From NCBI GenBank assembly GCA_027487245.1, contig JAIYDY010000007.1, positions 21,018-85,017 of the forward strand: a DNA stretch of 64,000 nucleotides. The letters are read 5' to 3'. The notes under the pieces were generated by a model. It was not told the origin of the DNA. It ran no database searches and was given only the letters and a program-made list of their open reading frames with translations. This document shows positions 28,267 through 39,613 of this stretch, piece by piece. Within the stretch, counting starts at the first letter, position 1. Every line of letters begins with the position of its first letter. A program made the position numbers and the translations under genes. Source of the DNA: Hyphomicrobiales bacterium. Its GTDB lineage: Bacteria > Pseudomonadota > Alphaproteobacteria > Rhizobiales > Beijerinckiaceae.

Positions 28267-29136
28267 TCAGGGCTCGCCCAGCCGGAGGCTCGCGGCGCGA
28301 AGCGTGTTCGACAGCAGAAAGGCGATGGTCATCGGGCCGACGCCGCCCGGCACCGGCGTGATGGCGTCGGCCAGCGGGGCGACGGCCGCGAAGTCGACAT
28401 CGCCGACCAGCCGCGACTTGCCGTCAGCCAGGGCAATCCGGTTGATCCCGACATCGATGACGATCGCGCCGGGCTTGATGAAGTCCGCCGTCACGAACAG
28501 CGGACGGCCAATGGCGGCCACCAGCAGATCCGCCGTGCGGCACAGGCCGGCGAGATCGCTCGTGCGCGAATGGGCGATGGTGACGGTGCAGTTCTCCTGC
28601 AGCAGCAGTTGCGCCACCGGTTTGCCGACAATGTTCGAGCGCCCGATCACCACGGCATGCAGGCCGGCCAGATCTGGCCGCGCCAGCCTGGCCAACGCGA
28701 GGGCCCCGAGCGGCGTGCAGGGCACGAGGCCGGGCTCACCGATGGCCAGCTTTCCGGCATTCACCGGATGGAAGCCGTCGACATCCTTGGCGGGGTCGAT
28801 GCGGTTCAGCACGCTCGCAGCATCGATCTGTGCCGGCAGGGGCAGTTGCACCAGAAGGCCGTCGATGGCGGGATCGGCGTTCAGCGCATCGACGAGGGCC
28901 AAGAGGTCCGCCTCGGTGCAGCCCGCATCGAGCCGGTGCTCGACCGAGCGCATGCCGACTTCGGCCGTCTGCTTGACCTTCGACGCCACATAGACATGGC
29001 TGGCCGGATCATCCCCCACCAGCACCACGGCCAATGCCGGCGGGCGACCATGGGCTGCCGCAAAGGCCGCGACCTTGCCGGCAAGGTCCGCCCGCATCGT
29101 GGCGGCAAGGGCCTTTCCGTCGAGCAGGGTGGTCAT
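28267..29136 (-). CDS. folD: Bifunctional methylenetetrahydrofolate dehydrogenase/cyclohydrolase
   Basis: [11 protein letters not shown]..., [37 protein letters not shown]. Confidence 0.95.
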   Translation of the reverse strand: MTTLLDGKALAATMRADLAGKVAAFAAAHGRPPALAVVLVGDDPASHVYVASKVKQTAEVGMRSVEHRLDAGCTEADLLALVDALNADPAIDGLLVQLPLPAQIDAASVLNRIDPAKDVDGFHPVNAGKLAIGEPGLVPCTPLGALALARLARPDLAGLHAVVIGRSNIVGKPVAQLLLQENCTVTIAHSRTSDLAGLCRTADLLVAAIGRPLFVTADFIKPGAIVIDVGINRIALADGKSRLVGDVDFAAVAPLADAITPVPGGVGPMTIAFLLSNTLRAASLRLGEP

Positions 29137-29189
29137 GGTGAAGCTCCAGGTACAGGCTCAGGGGAGTGCAGCGTCCCCGAGCCGGATTG

Positions 29190-30242
29190 TCAGCGATGGA
29201 CGGCCAGGAAGGCAGTGAGGAAGGATGGCGCGGCTTCCGCGATGGCCGCGAGCGAATAGCCGCCTTCCTGCACGATCAGGGTCGGCAGGCCAAGCCCCGC
29301 GACGATCTCGCCGAGACGGGGAAAGGCAGCGCCTGTCACGGACAGCTTCGAGAGCGGGTCATCACGGTGAGCATCCCAGCCCGCCGAGACAACCAGTGCC
29401 TCGGCACCGAAGGCGGTCACGGCCGCGGCGAGACCTCTGACCGCCGAAAGATAGCCTTCGTCATCCGTGCCGGGCCGCAAGGGCAGGTTGAGGTTGGCGC
29501 CTTCACCGGCGCCATGTCCGCGTTCATCAGCGAAGCCGGCGAAGAAGGGGTAGTAGTCGGCAGGATCGGTATGGCATGACGCGACGAGGACGTCGCCGCG
29601 AGCATAGAAGATGGCCTGTGTGCCATCACCATGGTGGGTGTCGAAATCGAGGATGGCGACCTTGCCGAAGCGCGAGCGAAGCCGCTCGGCGGCAATGGCC
29701 GCGTTGTTGAGGAAACAGAAGCCGTTGGCCCTGTCGCGGTAGCAGTGATGGCCGGGCGGACGGCACAGCGCCAGCGCCTGCCGCTCGCCCGCCAGCAGGG
29801 CCTCAGCGCCGGAGATCGCTGCCTGCGCAGAGGCATGAGCGGCAGCCCAGGTGCCTGCTCCCATGGCGCAGGACATGTCGCCGACATGGTAGCCGGTCAG
29901 GCCGATCGGGCCCGTGTTGCGCGGCCGGTCCTGCCGGATCAGGTCGTGGCCTGCTCCGCGGTAAGGATGGATGTTGGGCAGCACTTCGGGCCCGGCATCG
30001 GGCAGGCCTTGCCATAGGCCCCAGATATCCTGCAGGAACTGGACATAGGCGGCATCATGCACGGCGAGGATCGGACCGAGGCCATGATCCATGGGCTCGT
30101 GGCGTGTCAGCCCGAGGGCGGCCAGGGACGCAGCGAGCGTCTCCATCCGGTCCGGGTTTTCGAGCGCCGTCCCGATGCGGCCGAAACGGAAGTATTGCTG
30201 CGGGCGGTGCAGCAACTGCGTGGGCGAGAAGAACAGTTTCAT
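29190..30242 (-). CDS. Histone-deacetylase-family (acetylpolyamine/acetoin-utilisation-type) amidohydrolase
   Basis: Has RPPGHH, the Zn-ligand region DFDTHHGDGTQ, and EGGY near the C-terminus. Confidence 0.8.
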   Translation of the reverse strand: MKLFFSPTQLLHRPQQYFRFGRIGTALENPDRMETLAASLAALGLTRHEPMDHGLGPILAVHDAAYVQFLQDIWGLWQGLPDAGPEVLPNIHPYRGAGHDLIRQDRPRNTGPIGLTGYHVGDMSCAMGAGTWAAAHASAQAAISGAEALLAGERQALALCRPPGHHCYRDRANGFCFLNNAAIAAERLRSRFGKVAILDFDTHHGDGTQAIFYARGDVLVASCHTDPADYYPFFAGFADERGHGAGEGANLNLPLRPGTDDEGYLSAVRGLAAAVTAFGAEALVVSAGWDAHRDDPLSKLSVTGAAFPRLGEIVAGLGLPTLIVQEGGYSLAAIAEAAPSFLTAFLAVHR

Positions 30243-30281
30243 CGAAGCAACCTGCCGTGCAGGACCGGCAAAGGGAAGGGC

Positions 30282-30503
30282 TTATTGCGCAAGGCTGGCC
30301 GGATATCCGGCCTTGTCCAGGGCTGCGAGGATCGTTTCGATGTCGCCCGCCTTGTCGAACGTCACACGGCCCGTCGCGACATCGACCTGAGGCACGGCAG
30401 AAGGCTCGACTTTCTGAATCGCCTTGGTGACCCGCGCGGCGCAGGCCCCGCAGTGGATGTTGCTGACCGAAAGGATCGTGCTCATCGGGTCCTGTTCCTT
30501 CAT
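30282..30503 (-). CDS. copZ: Heavy-metal-associated (CopZ-like) metallochaperone
   Basis: Small HMA fold with a CxxC motif (NIHCGACAARV), immediately downstream of copA. The start could instead be the internal MSTILSV. Confidence 0.75.
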   Translation of the reverse strand: MKEQDPMSTILSVSNIHCGACAARVTKAIQKVEPSAVPQVDVATGRVTFDKAGDIETILAALDKAGYPASLAQ

Positions 30504-30512
30504 GTGACGGGC

Positions 30513-32876
30513 TCAGCCGTGATGTGTCGCGCCAAAGCGCCTCAACCGCAAGGCGTTGAACACGACGAAGATGCTGGAAAAGGCCATGGCCCCGGCGGCA
30601 AGCATCGGCGACAGGGTCCAGCCGAACAGAGGCTGGAACACGCCGGCGGCAACCGGGATCAGGGCGACGTTGTAGCCGAAAGCCCAGATCAGGTTCTCGT
30701 TGATGTTGCGCATCGTGGCGCGCGACAGGCCAATGGCCATCGGCAGGGCCGCGAGGTGGCCGGACACCAGCACGACATCGGCGCTCTCAATGGCGACCGT
30801 ACTGCCATTGCCAACGGCAATGCCGGTCTCGGCCGCGGCCAGAGCCGGTGCGTCATTGATGCCATCCCCGACAAAGGCGACAGCTCCGTGTTGCTGGCGC
30901 AGGCTGGCAATGGCCTCGACCTTGCCCGCCGGCAGAACCTCAGCGCGCACGTCAGCGATGCCAAGCGAAGCGGCCACCGAGCGGGCCGTGGCTGCGTGAT
31001 CACCGCTGATCATGGCTGTGGTCAGGCCAAGCGCGTTCAAGGCAGCCACGGCCTCCCGCGCCTCGGGCTTGATCGGGTCTGCGACCGTGAGCAGCGCCGC
31101 GATGGCACCGTCCACCGCGATCAGGAAGGGCGTTTCCCCGAGAGCCGCGCGCGCCGCGATGCGCTCGTCCCAGCCTCCGGCGGAGATGCCGAGTGACGTC
31201 ATGAAACGGGCGCCGCCCACGGCAACATCGCGCCCCTCGATGCGCCCGCGGGCACCCATGCCGCTGGTTGCCACAAAGTCCGAGAGCGGGTGCAGCACGA
31301 GGCCGCGTGCCTTCGCTGCCGCGACGATTGCGTGGGCGATCGGGTGTTCCGACCCGGCCTCAACCGAGGCGGCGATAGCGAGGATCCGGTCTTCGTCGAT
31401 ACCATCTGCCGGGGCGATGTGCTTGAGGTCCGGCAGGCCCACGGTCAGCGTGCCGGTCTTGTCGAAGGCCACGACGCGGGTCAGGCCCAGCCGCTCGAGC
31501 GCATCGCCCTTGCGGAACAGTGCGCCGAAGCGCGCTGCACGCCCTGTCGCGACCACGACCGAGATCGGCGTGGCAAGGCCCATGGCACAGGGGCAAGCGA
31601 TGATCAGCACCGAGACGGCCGCCATCAGCGCAAAAGGCAGGCTTGGCGCCGGCCCGAACACAAGCCAGACCACGAAGGTCAGCAGCGCAATGGCCAGGAC
31701 AATGGGCACGAACACCGCCGTGATCTGATCGATGCGGCCCTGGATGGGCAGCTTGGCACCTTGCGCGTCCTCGACCAGCCGGATGATGCCGGCCAGCAGC
31801 GTCTCGCCACCGACGCGCGTGGCGCGGATGGTCATGAGGCCAACGCCGTTGACCGAGCCGCCATGCACGGTGTCGCCCTGGCGCTTGGCCACCGGCATGG
31901 GTTCTCCGGTCAGCATGGCCTCGTTGGCGTATGACTGGCCTTCGACCACGACGCCATCGACCGGGAAGCCGGCGCCCGGCTTCACCAGGATCAGGTCATC
32001 GACCATGATCTCGCCGACCGGCGTCTCGATCTGGATGCCGTCGCGCATGCGGATGGCCGTCCGGGGTTGCAGCGCCAGCAATTCGGAGATGGCAGCGCCG
32101 GTCCGGCCGCGGCTGCGCATTTCGATCAGCCGACCCAGCAGGATCAGCGTGATGATCACGGCGGCGCTCTCGAAATAGACGTGCTCTCCGTCAATGTTGG
32201 CACCGCCCGCGGGCCACAGCGCCGGGGCCAGCGTGACGCATGCAGAATAAAGATAGGCTGCGCCGGAGCCGAGTGCGACGAGCGCGTTCATCTCCGGCCT
32301 GCCGCGCAGCAGCATGGGCAGCCCGATGCTGAAGAAGCGCCGCCCCGGCCCGGCCAGCACGATCGTGGTCAGCACCAGCGCAATCCACCGGGCGGTGGGT
32401 TGCCCGGCCCACTCGCCCATGTTGGCCAGTTGCCAGTGGTGGAAAGCGGGCACAAGATGCGCGCCCATTTCGAGCACCATGACCGGCAATGTCAGCACGG
32501 CGGCGATGATCGTGGCACGTTTCAGGGCAGTCTCGTCGGCCTCCTGCTCGGCGGCATGGCGCGCACGCGCCGACCCAGCATCCACCTGATCTGCGACCAG
32601 ACGTGCCTCGTAGCCTTCATCCGCGATGGCGGTCACAATCTGTGCAGCCAATGCGCCGGAGGCAGCCTCGCCGGTACCGCCACCGGCAGCAATGCGAACG
32701 TCGGCGCGCTCCAGTGGAAGGTTGACTTCGACGCCAACCACACCCGCCAGACCGGCAACCGCCTTTTCAACATGGGCGACGCAGGAGGCGCAGGTCATGC
32801 CGCGCACGGCAAAGCGCAGGGGCAAAGTTCCGCCGGCCGGCCTGTCAGCGGTTTCGGAGATGGTCATCACATTCAT
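30513..32876 (-). CDS. copA: Copper-translocating P1B-type ATPase
   Basis: Has an N-terminal HMA domain (GMTCASCV), the TM CPC motif (IIACPCAMGLATP), DKTGTLT and GDGINDAPAL. Confidence 0.95.
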   Translation of the reverse strand: MNVMTISETADRPAGGTLPLRFAVRGMTCASCVAHVEKAVAGLAGVVGVEVNLPLERADVRIAAGGGTGEAASGALAAQIVTAIADEGYEARLVADQVDAGSARARHAAEQEADETALKRATIIAAVLTLPVMVLEMGAHLVPAFHHWQLANMGEWAGQPTARWIALVLTTIVLAGPGRRFFSIGLPMLLRGRPEMNALVALGSGAAYLYSACVTLAPALWPAGGANIDGEHVYFESAAVIITLILLGRLIEMRSRGRTGAAISELLALQPRTAIRMRDGIQIETPVGEIMVDDLILVKPGAGFPVDGVVVEGQSYANEAMLTGEPMPVAKRQGDTVHGGSVNGVGLMTIRATRVGGETLLAGIIRLVEDAQGAKLPIQGRIDQITAVFVPIVLAIALLTFVVWLVFGPAPSLPFALMAAVSVLIIACPCAMGLATPISVVVATGRAARFGALFRKGDALERLGLTRVVAFDKTGTLTVGLPDLKHIAPADGIDEDRILAIAASVEAGSEHPIAHAIVAAAKARGLVLHPLSDFVATSGMGARGRIEGRDVAVGGARFMTSLGISAGGWDERIAARAALGETPFLIAVDGAIAALLTVADPIKPEAREAVAALNALGLTTAMISGDHAATARSVAASLGIADVRAEVLPAGKVEAIASLRQQHGAVAFVGDGINDAPALAAAETGIAVGNGSTVAIESADVVLVSGHLAALPMAIGLSRATMRNINENLIWAFGYNVALIPVAAGVFQPLFGWTLSPMLAAGAMAFSSIFVVFNALRLRRFGATHHG

Positions 32877-32952
32877 AACGTAGGATGTGACAATAGGTTC
32901 CGCCAGTGCGGCTTGACCGGTATCAACGCCGTGCCCGGCAGAAGCGCTTTGC

Positions 32953-32979
32953 CCGGCAGACGGGTTGCCCGCCTGCCGG
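32953..32979 (-). terminator. GC-rich hairpin after mmsA
   Basis: CCGGCAGACGGG-ttg-CCCGCCTGCCGG, an 11/12-bp stem 14 nt after the mmsA stop. The U-tract is weak. Confidence 0.4.
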
Positions 32980-32992
32980 ATCGATGTTGTCG

Positions 32993-34489
<1,497 letters not shown>

Positions 34490-34617
34490 GGGTGCTTCCT
34501 CCGGGATGCCGTGTTCCTGGTTTGCCCAGGCCGCCTTTCTGGTGGTTAGCATTGTCATTCGCGCACGGCTAGGTGTATTGATGACGGTAACCTGTGCAAA
34601 AAAACGGGAGCCGAGGG

Positions 34618-35547
34618 ATGGAACGCTTCGACTGGGATGATCTACGGTTCTTTCTGGCCGTGGCAAGATCCGGACGGCTGACCTCCGCCGCACGCCGGCT
34701 CGGGGCGGATCATGCCACCGTCTCGCGCCGCATTTCGTCGCTCGAGACATCACTGAAAGCCAAGCTGTTCGAGCGCCGCCCGCAGGGCTATGCGCTGACA
34801 TCCCATGGCGAGCGCCTGCTCGCGAAGGCGGAAAGCATGGAAACCGACGCGCTTTCGATCCAGAGCGAGATCGGCGGGGCGGACATGGCCTTGTCGGGCG
34901 TCGTGCGGGTCGGCGCACCGGACGGTTTCGGAACCTCGTTTCTGGCGCCCCGGCTGGCGACATTCATGGCCGCGTCGCCGGCGCTGGAACTGCAGCTGGT
35001 CGCGATGCCGCGCCTGCTGTCGCTGTCGAAGCGCGAGGCGGATGTCGCGATCACGCTGGCTCCGCCCAAGGAAGGCAAGATCGTTGCCCGCAAGCTGGTC
35101 GACTACCGCCTCGGGCTGTTCGCCTCTCCGGCCTATCTGGCCGATGCGCCGGCTCTGGTCGAGCCTGACGACCTGCATGGCCACGCGGTGATCGGCTACA
35201 TCGACGACCTGATCTTCACGCCGGAACTGGACTATCTCGACGAAGTCTCTCGCGGGCTGCGCGCCCGCACGCAATCATCCAACCTCAATGCCCAGATGGC
35301 GATGGTGGCCGCCGGTGGAGGCATCTGCGTGCTGCCCCACTTCATGGCGCAGGGCCATGCCGGGCTGGTCCAGGTGCTGGCCGACAAGGTCTGCATCCAG
35401 CGCTCGTTCTGGCTGGTCGTGCATGCCGATCTCAAGGATGTGGCCCGCGTGCGCACGACAGTCGATTTCATCGTGCGCGAGGCGAGGGCAGCGAGGGCGT
35501 TGTTCCTGGGCGAAGGACAGGCGGCATTGGCCCAGGCCGCAGAATAG
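34618..35547 (+). CDS. LysR-family transcriptional regulator, divergent from mmsA
   Basis: MERFDWDDLRFFLAVARSGRLTSAARRLGADHATVSRRI is an HTH motif. GGGAG lies 7 nt upstream of the ATG. Confidence 0.85.
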   Translation: MERFDWDDLRFFLAVARSGRLTSAARRLGADHATVSRRISSLETSLKAKLFERRPQGYALTSHGERLLAKAESMETDALSIQSEIGGADMALSGVVRVGAPDGFGTSFLAPRLATFMAASPALELQLVAMPRLLSLSKREADVAITLAPPKEGKIVARKLVDYRLGLFASPAYLADAPALVEPDDLHGHAVIGYIDDLIFTPELDYLDEVSRGLRARTQSSNLNAQMAMVAAGGGICVLPHFMAQGHAGLVQVLADKVCIQRSFWLVVHADLKDVARVRTTVDFIVREARAARALFLGEGQAALAQAAE

Positions 35548-35557
35548 CCCGCCGCCG

Positions 35558-37348
35558 TCAGATCCGCCAGGGCAATACGCCTTCGGGCAGCCTGTCCGCC
35601 ATGCGGTCAAGGCCCAGCATCACGGCGAGGATCACTGCGCTGGCGCTGATCGCGACCGCTGCCGCCTCGCCGGCAAGGCCGGTTTCCTTGAGGCTGAAGA
35701 GGACCACGCCAAGGGTTTCGGTGCCCGCCGACCAGAGCAGCGCGGAGACCGTCAACTCGTTGAAGGCCACCAGGAAGACAAGAAGTGCGCCGGCGCTGGC
35801 GGCAGGCAGCAGGATGGGCGCCACGATGAAGCGCATCAGTTGCCAGTAGGTCGCGCCATCCAGCCGCGCCGCTTCCTCGTGATGTACGTCGATCTGGCCC
35901 ATGGCGGCCAGCACGGGCTTCATCGCCGGCGCGAGGAAGCGTGCCAGATAGGCGAACAGGATGATGAACACCGTGCCGTAGATGCTGATGCCGATGAGCG
36001 GTAGCGGCTTCAGGAACAGCAGGATGCAGGCGATGGCCAGCACCACGCCGGGCAGCGCATAGGGTGCCTCGATCAGGGCCTCCAGCACCGGGCGCAGGCG
36101 CTTGACGCGGCGCTCCAGCACATAGGCGAAAAGAATGGCGAGACCGCACAGGATTGTTGCGGCCGTGGCCGCCATCAGGAACGAGTTGCGGAAGGCGCGC
36201 GTGGTCACATCCTGCCGGACCAGCACTTCGTGGAACTTCTCCAGCGTGATGGTTGCAAACCCGAGCGGCACGCCCAGCGCCGGCCTGAGTGCATCGCCCA
36301 GCAGGGAGAGGAAGGGCAGGCCGACCTTGAGCGCGAGCAGGGTCCAGAGTGCAATCTCGACCGGCAGCCGCCACGCACCCAGCGGCGCAAACGGCGTCAT
36401 GCGCTGCTCGATGTCGACCTTGCCAACAGTTCGGCGCATCAGCATGGCACCGATGATCGTGCCGATGCCCGCAATCAGGGCAACGACCATTGCCAGTGCC
36501 GCCATGTCCGACAGCACCGATGGACCGAAGCTGGTCAGCCGCCGGTAGATCAGCGTCGGCAAGGTCAGGTAATTGACCGGCATGCCGAGCAGGGCGGGAA
36601 TGCCGAAATTGCCGACCCCGGCGACGAAGGCGAGAAGACCGCCGGCCACCAGATTGCCGCGCAGCAGCGGCAGCAGGATGCGGGTCACCACCTGGATTGT
36701 CGTGGCACCCTCGATCTGGGCGGCCTCGATCACCGAGCGCGGCAGATAGCGCAGGCCCGACCAGACCGTGATGGCAACCAGCGGGGCATGGTGCAGGGCC
36801 ATGACCAGAATGGTGCCGTTGCGCCCGAACAGCGGGTTGGCCGTGCCCGGTGCCGGAGCCAGCCCAAGCGGAACCAGCACAGGGGAAGCAGGCCCGGCCA
36901 TGCTCAGGAAGGCGAGGGCGATGACCTGCGGCGCGACCATCAGCGAGAACACGAACAGGAAAGCGAGAGCCCGCTTGGCCCGGACATCGGTGATCGCGAG
37001 CGTTAGGGCAAAACCCGCCCCGAGGAACAATGCGCCAAGGGCCGACAGCCCGGCGGTTTCCAGCGTGTGCCAGGTGGCAAGGCCGGCTGCCCGGCTGGCG
37101 ATCTGGCTGGCGACCGCCTCCAGCGACCAAACGCCGTCTGGCGCGAGGGCGGTCAGCAGCAAACGGCCCAGCGGCATCAGGCCAAACAGGCCAACGGCCA
37201 GTGCCAGGAGAACCAGGGCCGCATGGCCGTCACGCGGGACGATCGCCCCCGCCAGTCCCGGCAGGGGCGACAATCTGGTTGTGCGATCGGGAGCGAGGCT
37301 CACCGGACGGGCAATTCGTCCAGCGTCACTGACCGAAGATGTCGGCAA
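35558..37348 (-). CDS. Fused two-domain ABC importer permease (FbpB/ThiP-like, iron(III)/thiamine type)
   Basis: 596 aa with about 12 TM helices in two MetI-like halves (EAAQIEGATTIQVV / EEAARLDGATYWQLM). The start is uncertain because it overlaps the upstream binding-protein gene by 23 nt. Confidence 0.8.
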   Translation of the reverse strand: MPTSSVSDAGRIARPVSLAPDRTTRLSPLPGLAGAIVPRDGHAALVLLALAVGLFGLMPLGRLLLTALAPDGVWSLEAVASQIASRAAGLATWHTLETAGLSALGALFLGAGFALTLAITDVRAKRALAFLFVFSLMVAPQVIALAFLSMAGPASPVLVPLGLAPAPGTANPLFGRNGTILVMALHHAPLVAITVWSGLRYLPRSVIEAAQIEGATTIQVVTRILLPLLRGNLVAGGLLAFVAGVGNFGIPALLGMPVNYLTLPTLIYRRLTSFGPSVLSDMAALAMVVALIAGIGTIIGAMLMRRTVGKVDIEQRMTPFAPLGAWRLPVEIALWTLLALKVGLPFLSLLGDALRPALGVPLGFATITLEKFHEVLVRQDVTTRAFRNSFLMAATAATILCGLAILFAYVLERRVKRLRPVLEALIEAPYALPGVVLAIACILLFLKPLPLIGISIYGTVFIILFAYLARFLAPAMKPVLAAMGQIDVHHEEAARLDGATYWQLMRFIVAPILLPAASAGALLVFLVAFNELTVSALLWSAGTETLGVVLFSLKETGLAGEAAAVAISASAVILAVMLGLDRMADRLPEGVLPWRI

Positions 37349-38318
37349 AGCGCTTGCGGCTGGCCGTTTCTTCGGCGAGGGCCTGGGCCGGATCGAACGG
37401 CATCAGCTTCATCGCGGACCGTGCCGGGAAGCCTTCCGGCGGCGCGACGTCGGGATGGGCCGGCACGTAGCCCTGGGTGCGGGCAAGCTCCTGCCCCTCG
37501 CGCGACAGGATGAAATCGACGAAGGCCTTGGCGGCTTCAGGGTTCTTCGACGAGCGCAGGATGGCCACAGGCTCGGTCACGGCGGACAGCCCTTCTGTGG
37601 GGGCCACGAAGGCGACCGGTGCGCCCTTGGCCTTCTCGCGGATCGGCATGAAGTCGACAATCATGCCATACATCTTCTCGCCCGTGGCCACCTGACGCAG
37701 GATGTCACCATTGCCGCCCGCGGCGAGCGCGCCGTTCTTCTGGAGTTGCTCATAGTAGCCCCAGCTTGCCGGCAGGTTGCGGGCCAGTGTCACGGTGTGG
37801 ATCAGCGCGGCACCCGATGCGAGCGGCGATGGCATGGCAACCTGCCCCTTGGCCTCGGGCTTTGTCAGGTCAAGCCACGAGGTCGGCACCATGGCGGCGC
37901 GCGTGTTGTAGACGATGCCGGTGGTGATCAGCTTGGTGGAGAACCAGGTCCGGTCCTTGTCATGCAGTGCTGCCGGATAGGCGGCGACATTGGCACCGGT
38001 ATGGGGGAGGAGGCGATTTTCGCGCTTCAGCCCTTCCATGGTCACTGAGTCGGCGATCAGCAGGACATCCGGTTGAGGCTGACCAGCCGCAAATTCGGCC
38101 TGCAGTTTGGCCATGATGCGCGGTGTGCCATCACGCACGAAGGAAACATCGACCTTCGGGAACTTCGCCTTGAAGGCGTCGATCGTCTGCTGGGCGTCGG
38201 TGTTGGGCTGGCTGGTGTAAAGCAGCAGCTTGCCTTCCTGTGCCAGCACCGGGGTGGCACCAAGAACGAAACCGGCCGTCATCGCTGCGGACAGCAGCAC
38301 TGTGATTTTGTGTGTCAT
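37326..38318 (-). CDS. ABC importer periplasmic substrate-binding protein (Fe(III)/family-1 type)
   Basis: 330 aa counted from MTHKITVLLSAAMTAGFVLGATPVLAQ (signal peptide), with a family-1 solute-binding layout. Confidence 0.8.
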   Translation of the reverse strand: MTHKITVLLSAAMTAGFVLGATPVLAQEGKLLLYTSQPNTDAQQTIDAFKAKFPKVDVSFVRDGTPRIMAKLQAEFAAGQPQPDVLLIADSVTMEGLKRENRLLPHTGANVAAYPAALHDKDRTWFSTKLITTGIVYNTRAAMVPTSWLDLTKPEAKGQVAMPSPLASGAALIHTVTLARNLPASWGYYEQLQKNGALAAGGNGDILRQVATGEKMYGMIVDFMPIREKAKGAPVAFVAPTEGLSAVTEPVAILRSSKNPEAAKAFVDFILSREGQELARTQGYVPAHPDVAPPEGFPARSAMKLMPFDPAQALAEETASRKRFADIFGQ

Positions 38319-38528
38319 GCGTTTTCTCCCCTGCGGCATCAATAGCAAGCGACAGGACCTAGGCAACTCCCATGACAATCAGATGAAACATTTGACGGCA
38401 TTGGCCCCATGCCACCCGCGTTCCGGTGGTGGCGCTCGCGGCTGGGCACGTCTTCAGGCCAAGCGTGACAAGTGCGGCCCAATTCCGCTAATCCACTGGT
38501 CCTTGACCCACGCATGCAGGACCGCGCC

Positions 38529-39488
38529 ATGAGCTCGAAGCTGACCAGACTGGCCGACATGACCACCATCGTCGCCGATACGGGCGACATCGATGCCGTC
38601 AGGCGGCTGAAGCCGGTGGATTGCACCACCAATCCCACGCTCATCCTCAAGGCCGTCGAGATGCCGGCCTATGCCGCGCTGGTCGAAGAGGCGGTTCACT
38701 GGGGCCGGCGGCAGGGCGGCACCAGGGCGGCCCGTGTCAATGCGGTCTGCGACCGGCTCGCCGTCACGTTCGGCGCAGAACTGGCCGGCATCGTTCCAGG
38801 CCGCGTGTCGACCGAGGTCGATGCCGACCTTTCCTTCGACACGCGCGCCAGCATCGCCAAGGGCAGGGCACTGATTGCCGATTATGCTGCTCGCGGTGTC
38901 GATCGCTCGCGGGTGCTGATCAAGGTGGCGGCAACGTGGGAGGGCATCCGGGCTGCCAGGGCGCTCCAGCAGGAGGGTATCGACTGCAACCTCACCTTGC
39001 TGTTCTCGCTGGCCCAGGCGGTGGCCTGCGCCGACGCGAAGGTGTTCCTGATCTCGCCTTTCGTCGGGCGCATCCTCGACTGGCATCTCAAGGCGGGCGG
39101 TGGGCCCTATACGTCCGAGACCGATCCGGGCGTGGTCTCGGTGAGGGCCATCCACCACTACTACAAGGCGCACGGCATCCAGACGGTGGTGATGGGTGCC
39201 TCGTTCCGCAACATCGGGGAGATCGAGGCGCTGGCAGGTTGCGACCGGCTGACCATCTCGCCGGCGCTGCTGGATGAACTTGCCAGATCGGACGGTGCGC
39301 TGCCACGCAAGCTGGGCGGGCCCGGCCAGGCCAAGGCGCCGGCCCGCCTTCGCATGGACGAGAAGCGCTTCCGGCTGGCCCTCAACGAGGATGCGATGGC
39401 GACCGAGAAGCTCGCGGAAGGTATTCGCGGCTTCGTCAAGGACCTGCGCTCCCTGCGCGCGCTGGTGGCGGGCAAGCTGGCGGCCTGA
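38529..39488 (+). CDS. tal: Transaldolase
   Basis: [30 protein letters not shown] and the active-site region [12 protein letters not shown]. Confidence 0.9.
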   Translation: MSSKLTRLADMTTIVADTGDIDAVRRLKPVDCTTNPTLILKAVEMPAYAALVEEAVHWGRRQGGTRAARVNAVCDRLAVTFGAELAGIVPGRVSTEVDADLSFDTRASIAKGRALIADYAARGVDRSRVLIKVAATWEGIRAARALQQEGIDCNLTLLFSLAQAVACADAKVFLISPFVGRILDWHLKAGGGPYTSETDPGVVSVRAIHHYYKAHGIQTVVMGASFRNIGEIEALAGCDRLTISPALLDELARSDGALPRKLGGPGQAKAPARLRMDEKRFRLALNEDAMATEKLAEGIRGFVKDLRSLRALVAGKLAA

Positions 39489-39613
39489 TCCGGTTGGTCT
39501 GATCCTGTCATGCAGCGCGTGGTGCGGATCTGCCTCTGGACGAGGTGTCCTTATCCCGGCATCATCGCTTCCAAGCAGCGCCCGATCTGATGAGGCGCGC
39601 GATGGAGGATTGT

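Noticed and set aside
34490-34617. LysR-type T-N11-A box in the mmsA/LysR divergent region (TGTCAT ... ATGACG, about 23 nt apart).
   Set aside because: The dyad is imperfect with atypical spacing, so I cannot support a specific site by eye.
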